Origin: Cyanobacteria bacterium J06626_4
GTDB taxonomy: Bacteria; Cyanobacteriota; Cyanobacteriia; Phormidesmidales; Phormidesmidaceae
DNA length: 42,604 nucleotides
Direction: 5' to 3'
NCBI GenBank assembly: GCA_038523235.1
Contig: JBCBJQ010000048.1
Location: 1 to 42,604 of the forward strand
Notes under the pieces: generated by a model
Database searches by the model: none
Seen by the model: only the letters and a program-made list of their open reading frames with translations
Told to the model about the DNA's origin: nothing
Shown: piece after piece, positions 35,306-42,604 of the stretch
Numbering within the stretch: the first letter of the stretch is position 1
Layout of the letters: the number at the start of each line of letters is the position of its first letter
Position numbers and translations under genes: made by a program

Positions 35306-35653
35306 AAATAGCCATGCAGAAAAACGGTGACGGCTGGAGTCGGAGCAGACGACTGATAGACAGGCATTGGCTCCACGTAGGCAGTGATCACTGGGTTGAC
35401 TCTCGGTGAGCGTCTCATCTAGGCGGAGAGGACGGTTACCCAAACTGCCTAGTCTCAAAACTGACTAGCGGGTTTGACTGATAGAACGTAGGCATCAGAG
35501 CGATCGCTGATGCGGCAGCCGGATATCCGATGGCGATCGCTCGGTTTGTAACAGACCTTGATCGATGCGACAGCGCTACCAGCGGCAAATCGTAAGATTG
35601 TCCTGTCACTGACCAAGTCGACAATAGCAATGGCGTCTTGCCGCGATTTTCAG

Positions 35654-36154
35654 ATGTCTCACCCTCCTCTCAATGCTCACCAATCAGTGCCTGGGTGCCT
35701 AGCCTGTCAAATGGTCAATGGTGAGCTCAGCGCACCTGGCGGTATCATCGCTGAAAATGCCTGGTGGATCGCCGATCACTGTTTGGGTAAACATGGCGCT
35801 GGAGCCGTGATCGTTAAAACTCGGGCTCATCGAGAAAATTTTTGGCAGCTGACGCCCAATGAAGCGGCGTCACTTGGCCCTTTCCTGCAGCAGATGACCT
35901 ATGCGATGCAGGCCGCCCTCAAGGCTGAGCGCATCTATATCAATTCTTGGGTTGATCAGCCGCCTTATCACATCCATTTTGTGTTGCAGCCTCGTTTTGC
36001 TGGTAATCAAGAGCTGGGACTGCAAGGACTAGAGCTACAGATCTATCGATCGCTCCAGGCTGAGCCCAGCGAAGCAGACGTCATCGCCATTGCTAACAAA
36101 ATTCGTCAGGCGTACCAAACGGTCAGTCATCAGTCGTCTCTGAGTCGTCGATAG
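35654..36154 (+). CDS. HIT-like family protein
   Basis: CLAC near the N-terminus, IIAENAWW, AERIYI, YHIHFVLQPR; start uncertain (35630 or 35654). Confidence 0.7.
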   Translation: MSHPPLNAHQSVPGCLACQMVNGELSAPGGIIAENAWWIADHCLGKHGAGAVIVKTRAHRENFWQLTPNEAASLGPFLQQMTYAMQAALKAERIYINSWVDQPPYHIHFVLQPRFAGNQELGLQGLELQIYRSLQAEPSEADVIAIANKIRQAYQTVSHQSSLSRR

Positions 36155-36158
36155 ACGT

Positions 36159-36617
36159 ATGCGGGTCTTAGTGCAGCGGGTCAGTCATGCTCGTATAGCG
36201 GTAGAAGGGCAACTTAAAGGCGAAATTACTCAGGGCTTAACCCTACTAGTGGGCATCACCGACACCGACACGCCTGCTGAAATTGAATGGATGGCAAAAA
36301 AATGCTTGAATTTACGCCTCTTTTATAACGACGCGGGCGATCGCTGGGCTGCTTCTGTGCAGGATATCGGCGGGGATCTTCTCGTTGTCAGCCAATTCAC
36401 CCTATATGGTGACTGCCGCAGAGGTCGCCGACCTTCGTTTGAGCAAGCGGCCTCACCCGATAACGCAGAGCCCCTCTTTGCACAATTTGTCACCGAACTG
36501 CTCAAAAGTGGGCTTACTATCATCACCGGCACCTTTGGGGCCTCAATGATGGTGGATATTCATAATGATGGGCCCGTGACCCTCTGGCTGGAACGCGAAG
36601 CTCCGCCCCCACTTTGA
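36159..36617 (+). CDS. dtd: D-aminoacyl-tRNA deacylase (DTD1)
   Basis: MRVLVQRV, VSQFTL, GRRPSF, NDGPVT. Confidence 0.95.
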   Translation: MRVLVQRVSHARIAVEGQLKGEITQGLTLLVGITDTDTPAEIEWMAKKCLNLRLFYNDAGDRWAASVQDIGGDLLVVSQFTLYGDCRRGRRPSFEQAASPDNAEPLFAQFVTELLKSGLTIITGTFGASMMVDIHNDGPVTLWLEREAPPPL

Positions 36618-36722
36618 CAGTCAGACTTATTCAAGGCGGCACAAGCAATAACTAAAATTTATGTAAGACTGGTTATTAGTCACAGCATTTTTGAGATGAG
36701 ACTGCTACAGTTGAATGGCATT

Positions 36723-36750
36723 GCAACAATCTGTAACAAAAAGTAAGATT
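36723..36750 (+). promoter_or_regulatory. Triple HLR1-like direct repeat upstream of the HAD gene
   Basis: GCAACAAT-CT-GTAACAAA-AA-GTAAGATT with 10-bp period. Confidence 0.45.
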
Positions 36751-36759
36751 ACTTGTCTT

Positions 36760-37542
36760 ATGCAGGATGTTATTAGTCGATTACCGCTTCAAGTTGCCAG
36801 CGTTGCCCGCCCATCGGGCCTGCTGCCACCAGGGAGTACGCTTTTTTGCGATTTTGACGGCCCGATCGCCGATGTTTCCAATCGCTATTACAACACTTAC
36901 CAGCTGGCTCTCACCGCGACGCAAGCCGACTACGCGACTCAGGGAATCTCGCTGCCCATTCGGCGCTTAACGAAAGGGCAGTTTTGGTATATGAAACAAA
37001 ACCGCCTGCCAGATACGACGATTGCTGATTGGTCGGGATTGTCGGGACCGCAAGTTAAGGATTTTCTTGCTCATGTTGCTCGGTTAGTCAACTGCTCTAG
37101 CTTGCTTGATCAAGACCTGTTGCAGCCTGGGGTCAGAAGTGCCTTAACCCTGCTGCAAGATCAACAAATCAGAGTCGTGATTGTGACGCTGAGGCAAGCT
37201 TCACAAGTTCTCGACTTTTTGCATCAGTACGATCTGGCGACGACGATCGGTCAGATCTATGGGCCGGACAGCGCTGAAATTGCCTACGGCAATCGCACAC
37301 AACATAAAGTCAGCCAGCTAAAAGCGGCGATCGCTGACCAGAGCCTATTGGGTGCCAATACGGCCCATAGCTGGATGGTTGGTGACACCGAGGCAGATGT
37401 TTGTGCCGGTCAGACGGTGGGATTACCCACCTTGGCCCTGACCTGTGGCATCCGCAGCTCGATCTACCTCAAAGGATTTGCCCCAACGGGTGTGCAGCGT
37501 GATCTCTACAATGCGGTCTGCTATCTCACCAATCCTATTTAG
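36760..37542 (+). CDS. HAD family hydrolase (phosphoglycolate phosphatase-like)
   Basis: FCDFDGPIADVSNRYY (motif I), VTLR (II), K (III), MVGDTEAD (IV), TCGIRS; start probably ATG 36760. Confidence 0.88.
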   Translation: MQDVISRLPLQVASVARPSGLLPPGSTLFCDFDGPIADVSNRYYNTYQLALTATQADYATQGISLPIRRLTKGQFWYMKQNRLPDTTIADWSGLSGPQVKDFLAHVARLVNCSSLLDQDLLQPGVRSALTLLQDQQIRVVIVTLRQASQVLDFLHQYDLATTIGQIYGPDSAEIAYGNRTQHKVSQLKAAIADQSLLGANTAHSWMVGDTEADVCAGQTVGLPTLALTCGIRSSIYLKGFAPTGVQRDLYNAVCYLTNPI

Positions 37543-37688
37543 AGGGTTCCAGCGAATGACTGGCTCAAACCCTCGCAGGAATGATGCCACTCTCAGATCC
37601 TGAGCTGAGTCAGCACCAGCAGCGGTAAGCGGGTTTCTAGACGGAATCCTCTTGGGGGCGCGGCAACGCTCTGGGCGCTAGGCGATCT

Positions 37689-38201
37689 CTACGAAATCAT
37701 GGCGTTGAGTCGAGAGTTGACGGTCGTATCAGGAGAGGTTTCGACCTGAGTCTCAGAATTCAAGTGGTTGAGCGTTTCTGTAAAGTCTTGAATGCCCTGA
37801 AACTGTCGATACACAGACGCAAACCGAATGTAAGCAACTTCGTTAACGGTTTTCAGACGTTTAAGCACCAGTTCGCCGATCTCAGTGCTTTCGATTTCGC
37901 GACGAGCCCGTTGCTGTAGATCCGCTTCAATATCATCAACCAGTGACTCTAAAGTGTTGGCGACAACGCCAGTCTTTTCGCAGGCACGTACGATCCCCCG
38001 CAGCACCTTGGAGCGATCAAACGACTCGCGATCGCCACTTTGCTTGATCACCGTGATGGGCACGTATTCGATCCGCTCGTAGGTGGTAAAGCGACGTTGG
38101 CATTCGAGACATTCGCGGCGGCGTCGAATGCTTCTGCCACTCTCGGCTGAACGAGACTCTAACACACGGTTATTGGGATGCTGGCAGAAGGGACACTGCA
38201 T
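37689..38201 (-). CDS. nrdR: Transcriptional repressor NrdR
   Basis: [27 protein letters not shown] cone, [10 protein letters not shown]. Confidence 0.97.
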   Translation of the reverse strand: MQCPFCQHPNNRVLESRSAESGRSIRRRRECLECQRRFTTYERIEYVPITVIKQSGDRESFDRSKVLRGIVRACEKTGVVANTLESLVDDIEADLQQRARREIESTEIGELVLKRLKTVNEVAYIRFASVYRQFQGIQDFTETLNHLNSETQVETSPDTTVNSRLNAMIS

Positions 38202-38330
38202 GCAGCTAAATGTCTCCGGTAGAACTCAACGGGTTTGACAAAGCCCTGAATGCTTTAAGTGAATGTGATGTCCACCTTCAACTTAAAACAGTTTTAGGAT
38301 GTACGCCTTCACCAATAGTATCTAAATCTA

Positions 38331-38370
38331 GAAAAATGAAGCGACGACCCGTATAAAAACAAGTCGCCGC
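38331..38370 (-). terminator. Terminator after psbT
   Basis: Minus strand GCGGCGACTT...GGGTCGTCGC followed by TTCATTTTTC. Confidence 0.55.
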
Positions 38371-38430
38371 AGCTCAGTCATATTCAAGCATCAACAAAGC
38401 GTGCCTGCCGAAGCAAACACCATTGTGTGA

Positions 38431-38529
38431 TTAATCTTTCGAAATCTTGGGGGGTTCACGGAAGGCGATCGCAAAGAACAGCGTTCCGATTACACAAGCA
38501 AAAATGAAAATGTAAGCAACGGCTTCCAT
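38431..38529 (-). CDS. psbT: Photosystem II reaction center protein T, 32 aa; absent from ORF track
   Basis: MEAVAYIFIFACVIGTLFFAIAFREPPKISKD, AGGAG RBS, directly downstream of psbB. Confidence 0.96.
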   Translation of the reverse strand: MEAVAYIFIFACVIGTLFFAIAFREPPKISKD

Positions 38530-38580
38530 TAACAGAGCCTCCTACTATACGTAAGTTACTTTCAGTCTAAGGGATCTTGA

Positions 38581-38632
38581 TAAAAATAGTCCGACCACTT
38601 AAGCACCTTGCCGTAAGGGCAAATGGTCGGAC
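38581..38632 (-). terminator. Stem-loop between psbB and psbT (terminator or 3' stabiliser)
   Basis: GTCCGACCA...TGGTCGGAC perfect 9-bp stem (38589-38632), followed on minus by TATTTTTA. Confidence 0.65.
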
Positions 38633-38666
38633 ACCTAAACCATGACCAGTGATGGATCAAAGACTG

Positions 38667-40199
38667 TTAGACAGTCTCTTTGCTACGGCTAGAGCGGTCA
38701 CCCACCTTCTGGAAGAAGCCCCATTCCACCTGCTCGGCAGAGAGTTCGGGGTCAATGCCGGCAAACACATCACGGTAGAGGGTACGAGAACCGTGCCAAA
38801 TGTGCCCGAAGAAGAAGAGCAGTGCAAACACCGCGTGGCCGTAGGTAAACCAACCACGAGGGCTAGTGCGGAACACACCGTCAGATTCTAAGGTTTCACG
38901 GTCAAACTCAAACGGCTCACCGAGCTGCGCCTTACGGGCAATTCGCTTCACCTGAGCAGGGTCAGTCACGGTCTTACCCGCTAGCTCACCCCCCGAGAAA
39001 GACACCGTCACACCGGTCTGCTCGAAGCTGTACTTCGACTCGGCGCGGCGGAACGGAATGTCAGCCCGCACAATCCCGTCCTTATCAGTCAGAACGACTG
39101 GGAAGGTCTCGAAGAAGTTGGGCAAACGACGCACGTTGAGAATGCGACCTTCACCATCTTTAAAGACAGGATGTCCCAACCAGCCACGGGCAATGCCGTC
39201 ACCTTCATTCATGGGTCCCACGCGGAATAATCCACCCTTAGAGGGGCTGTTGCCGACGTAGTCATAGAAGGCTAGCTTCTCAGGAATCGTGGCGTAGGCT
39301 TCTTCCGTAGAGGCCCCAGCGGCAATCTCAGATTGCGCCCGACGCTGGATTTCCTCTTGGAAGTAACTGCTATCCCACTGGTAGCGAGTCGGGCCGAACA
39401 GTTCAATCGGTGTAGCAGCATTGCCGTACCACATCGTGCCAGCGACCACAAAAGCGGCAAAGAAGACAGCAGCAATACTACTCGACAAAACCGTCTCGAT
39501 ATTACCCATCCGCAGCGCTTTGTAAAGCCGCTGAGGCGGACGCACGGTCAAGTGGAACAGACCCGCGATGATGCCCACAATGCCAGCGGCAATGTGGTGA
39601 GCCACAATACCACCGGGATTAAAGGGATTAAAGCCATCTGGCCCCCATTCTGGAGCAACCCCTTGCACGTGCCCCGTGACGCCATAGGGGTCAGAGATCC
39701 ACATGCCTGGCCCCCACAACCCCGTCAGGTGAAAGGCACCGAAACCAAAGCACAATAGGCCAGAAAGAAACAAATGAATGCCGAACATTTTGGGTAGATC
39801 GAGCGCCGGCTCACCCGTGCGCGGATCACGGAACAGATCCAAATCCCAATAAACCCAGTGCCAGCAAGCTGCTAAAAACAGCAGACCTGACAAAACGATG
39901 TGAGCTGCAGCCACACCTTCAAAACTCCAGAAGCCGGGGTTAGTTGCCGCTTCACCCGTAACGCTCCAGCCACCCCAGGATTGGGTCACCCCTAAACGCG
40001 ACATAAAGGGAAGAACAAACATCCCCTGACGCCACATGGGATTTAGAACAGGATCGCTGGGATCAAAGGTCGCCAACTCAAACAAGGCCATGGAGCCAGC
40101 CCAACCCGCCACCAATGCAGTGTGCATCAAGTGGACAGAGATCAGACGACCGGGGTCGTTTAATACGACCGTATGTACTCGGTACCAGGGCAGTCCCAT
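38667..40199 (-). CDS. psbB: Photosystem II CP47 chlorophyll-binding protein
   Basis: [27 protein letters not shown]... full-length CP47 with GGAGGAG RBS. Confidence 0.99.
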   Translation of the reverse strand: MGLPWYRVHTVVLNDPGRLISVHLMHTALVAGWAGSMALFELATFDPSDPVLNPMWRQGMFVLPFMSRLGVTQSWGGWSVTGEAATNPGFWSFEGVAAAHIVLSGLLFLAACWHWVYWDLDLFRDPRTGEPALDLPKMFGIHLFLSGLLCFGFGAFHLTGLWGPGMWISDPYGVTGHVQGVAPEWGPDGFNPFNPGGIVAHHIAAGIVGIIAGLFHLTVRPPQRLYKALRMGNIETVLSSSIAAVFFAAFVVAGTMWYGNAATPIELFGPTRYQWDSSYFQEEIQRRAQSEIAAGASTEEAYATIPEKLAFYDYVGNSPSKGGLFRVGPMNEGDGIARGWLGHPVFKDGEGRILNVRRLPNFFETFPVVLTDKDGIVRADIPFRRAESKYSFEQTGVTVSFSGGELAGKTVTDPAQVKRIARKAQLGEPFEFDRETLESDGVFRTSPRGWFTYGHAVFALLFFFGHIWHGSRTLYRDVFAGIDPELSAEQVEWGFFQKVGDRSSRSKETV

Positions 40200-40406
40200 C
40201 GACTACTCTCCTCCTCTTACTTTCGACAGTTCTTTTGCAGATTTATTAAGAGTCATGATTATAGACAGCCTACCAGACTTGCACCCCCTGCAGCGTCTAA
40301 AGTGAGCACAGGCAGCTTGTTTACACGATGAGCAAAATTGGTTGAAGTCAAAAAAAAGTTTCGTGACTAGCCAGCTTACACTCGTGATGATAAGTCTTGT
40401 AGGCGA

Positions 40407-40424
40407 GATATAAAGAAGTGTAAC
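40407..40424 (-). promoter_or_regulatory. Possible HLR1 element in the psbB/ferredoxin divergent spacer
   Basis: Minus strand GTTACACT-TC-TTTATATC; a TATAAT -10 for psbB lies at 40258-40263. Confidence 0.35.
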
Positions 40425-40568
40425 CAGTGTCAGATCCCCACGCAATGAAGCGCGCGATAGTTGAGCTGATTTTGCCCCTGACAGCAAACAATTGAGTCGG
40501 CTCAGCGCCCTCATAAGCGGGTGAAAGTCAACGGATTAGACTGGTTTAGTTCCTTGAGGAGAAAATTG

Positions 40569-40874
40569 ATGGCGGTTATTAAGTTTCTTGAAGAAGACAA
40601 GGAGATCATCGCTGCAGATGGGGCCAATCTGCGATTTAAAGCGATGGAAAACGGCATTGATCTTTATACCCTCTTGGGAAAGATGACGAATTGCGGTGGC
40701 TATGGCCAATGTGGCACTTGCGTCGTCGAAATTGTTGAGGGGATTGAGAATTTATCGCCGCGCACCAAGGTGGAAGAACGCAAGCTCCGTAAGCGTCCAG
40801 CGAACTGTCGGTTAGCCTGCCAGACCATCGTGAATGGCCCGATTACCGTACAAACCAAGCCGAAAAAGTCGTGA
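40569..40874 (+). CDS. 2Fe-2S ferredoxin-like protein
   Basis: [11 protein letters not shown]...RLACQ; ATG 40569 with GAGGAG RBS. Confidence 0.92.
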   Translation: MAVIKFLEEDKEIIAADGANLRFKAMENGIDLYTLLGKMTNCGGYGQCGTCVVEIVEGIENLSPRTKVEERKLRKRPANCRLACQTIVNGPITVQTKPKKS

Positions 40875-41085
40875 AGGGAGTCAAACTGGGCAACGCTCGA
40901 CTCAGATTGACCGGTGGACATGGCCAGCCATGTTCATGGGGGATTTGCCGTACTGCGTTGAGATCCAAATGACCCCGAAGTGCAGGCTTTAGGGTGACAA
41001 GAATACAGTTTTATCCAGCCGAGTTGGTGCAAGCCCAAGTACCGTTCTCCTCCTAAAACTGCGGCAAAGACGGTGAGGCACAGCC

Positions 41086-42183
41086 ATGAAGCGAGCGATC
41101 ATCCTGGTTTTTCTGACGGTTTTATGGGTCAGTGTTGGCTGTGTAAGCCTTGCTACTGAGGGTGAGAGTTCGCCAGGCGGGTTTGAAACCTTTGTCGAGT
41201 GGTGCATTCATCAAGACAACTTGCCCCCAGAGGCTCAGCATACCGTTGGCATACTATTGGCGGCAGTTGAGACGCCGGACTGCGCCCAGGCTGACGAGCA
41301 ACTAGTTGCCAAGACTGAACTGGTTCTCGATGGCCGTGCGATCAGAGACGTGACCCCCTTAGCGAGCCTGACCCAGCTGACAGATCTGCGGCTGACGAAT
41401 AACTACATTGTGGATGTGGCGCCGTTGGCGAGGCTAACGAATCTGGCTACCCTTGCCATCAGTGCGAATCCCATTAGTGATGTCACCCCACTCGCCCGTT
41501 TGACCAACCTGCAGGTACTTTTTCTGAGTGGCAATCGCATCGCGAATATCGCTCCCCTTGCCAGCTTGACCCGTTTGACCAAGCTGGCGCTGCAAGATAA
41601 TCAAATCTCAGATGTCACTCCCCTTGCCAGTTTGACTCACCTGACATCGCTTTCTCTGATCAACAATCAAATTGCAGACGTGACCCCCTTGGGGCATCTG
41701 AACCGTCTAAAACAGCTTTGGCTCAATCGCAACCCCATCACTGATATCACTGCGTTAGCGGAGTTGACCCATCTGGCGCGCCTGTTCTTAATAGAAACGC
41801 AAGTTACTGATGTGACCCCCTTAGCGGAGCTGCCCCAACTGGATGAACTGTCTCTCATGAATAATCAAATCACCGATGTGGCTTCATTCGCGCGTTTGAC
41901 CAACCTGCAGGTGCTTGACCTAGACAGTAATGCCATCAGCGATGTGGCCCCGCTAGCGCGTCTGACCAACCTGCAGGTGCTTGACCTGAGCAACAATCAA
42001 ATCGTCGATGTGACTCCATTGGGCAACCTGACCAGCTTAAAAGTACTTTCCCTCGGCCATAACCAAATTACAGACGCCACTTCATTGGGTGGTCTGACCG
42101 ATCTCCTCAGCCTCTCTCTTGATGGCAATCTGCTTGCAAGTCGCACTTGCCCTGTGCAACCTGAGACCATCTGCGTGTTTTGA
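41086..42183 (+). CDS. Internalin-like leucine-rich repeat exported protein
   Basis: Signal peptide with Cys19, N-cap FVEWC...PDC, 12 full 22-aa LRRs (LxxLxLxxNxIxDVxPL), C-cap CPVQPETIC. Confidence 0.9.
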   Translation: MKRAIILVFLTVLWVSVGCVSLATEGESSPGGFETFVEWCIHQDNLPPEAQHTVGILLAAVETPDCAQADEQLVAKTELVLDGRAIRDVTPLASLTQLTDLRLTNNYIVDVAPLARLTNLATLAISANPISDVTPLARLTNLQVLFLSGNRIANIAPLASLTRLTKLALQDNQISDVTPLASLTHLTSLSLINNQIADVTPLGHLNRLKQLWLNRNPITDITALAELTHLARLFLIETQVTDVTPLAELPQLDELSLMNNQITDVASFARLTNLQVLDLDSNAISDVAPLARLTNLQVLDLSNNQIVDVTPLGNLTSLKVLSLGHNQITDATSLGGLTDLLSLSLDGNLLASRTCPVQPETICVF

Positions 42184-42261
42184 GCCAGCACCTTGTCAGT
42201 TTTCGGGCGATCGCCCCCAAAATCATTCGCTAAGTTGATCGCAAAGCGATGAGGAACCGCC

Positions 42262-42604
42262 ATGAAGCGGGCGATCTCACTGGGTTTGTTGACGATTCTA
42301 TTGGTCATTGGGGTTGGCTGTTTCGGCACACCTCAGGGTGAGATTGCGCCAGACCAGTTTGCAACCTTTGCCGACTGGTGTCGCCACCGCGATCTCTTAC
42401 CCCGAGCACCTCGGCAGACGGTCGATAAGCTGCTAGGGGAAGCCGGAACAAAGGAGTGCAACCAAGCTGAGGGTAGATTGACCCATTTGACTGAGCTGTA
42501 TCTTCCTAACAAGCAAATCGTGGATGTGGCACCCCTCGCCAGCCTCACCAATCTGATTTTGCTTTACCTCGATGCCAATCAAATCGTGGACGTGACCCCC
42601 TTGG
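42262..42604 (+). CDS. Second internalin-like LRR protein, truncated by the window end; absent from ORF track
   Basis: MKRAISLGLLTILLVIGVGC...FADWC...TKECNQA...LTELYLPNKQIVDVAPLASLTNLILLYLDANQIVDVTPL, open to the window end. Confidence 0.9.
   Translation, partial: MKRAISLGLLTILLVIGVGCFGTPQGEIAPDQFATFADWCRHRDLLPRAPRQTVDKLLGEAGTKECNQAEGRLTHLTELYLPNKQIVDVAPLASLTNLILLYLDANQIVDVTPL

Larger units (their letters stand above)
404..42214. repeat. HIP1 octamer GCGATCGC dispersed through the window
   Basis: Many copies in coding and intergenic DNA (e.g. 404-411, 553-560, 30889-30896, 42207-42214); a hallmark of many cyanobacterial genomes. Confidence 0.9.

Noticed and set aside
1..42604. CRISPR array, transposase, integrase or prophage genes
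   Set aside because: No regularly spaced repeat-spacer array and no such ORFs were seen; the Cas4-like motif belongs to TM0106.

Overview
Chromosomal window from a cyanobacterium. HIP1 (GCGATCGC) is dense and psbB/psbT/hli are present; the gene content suggests a filamentous Leptolyngbyaceae-like organism (inference). In order: tRNA-Asp(GTC), TM0106 nuclease, cystine lyase, DUF928, PEP-CTERM protein, FeS-type photolyase, a complete Nit1C (MSMEG_0565-0572 / sll0783-type) nitrogen-starvation cluster with its own GAF-LuxR regulator, an orphan histidine kinase with a His-rich sensor, a Dda/RecD-like helicase, a DUF433/PIN toxin-antitoxin pair, a pentapeptide membrane protein, housekeeping genes (YaaW-DnaJ-DUF3143-AKR, glgX, adenylate cyclase, hli, COG0523, HIT, dtd, HAD, nrdR-psbT-psbB, ferredoxin) and tandem internalin-like LRR genes. 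Four CDS missing from the ORF track were found by hand: PCP_red, hli, psbT and a second LRR gene. The strongest unexplained signal is the Nit1C divergent promoter, which is mirror-symmetric: two class II NtcA promoters, each with a lux-box-like 20-mer exactly 28 bp further upstream. A third NtcA box precedes the GAF-LuxR gene, suggesting an NtcA + LuxR AND-gate/feed-forward circuit. Several intergenic spacers, notably the adenylate cyclase leader, fold by eye into dense multi-stem structures with no RNA family I can recognise. All family calls come from motif recognition, not database searches.
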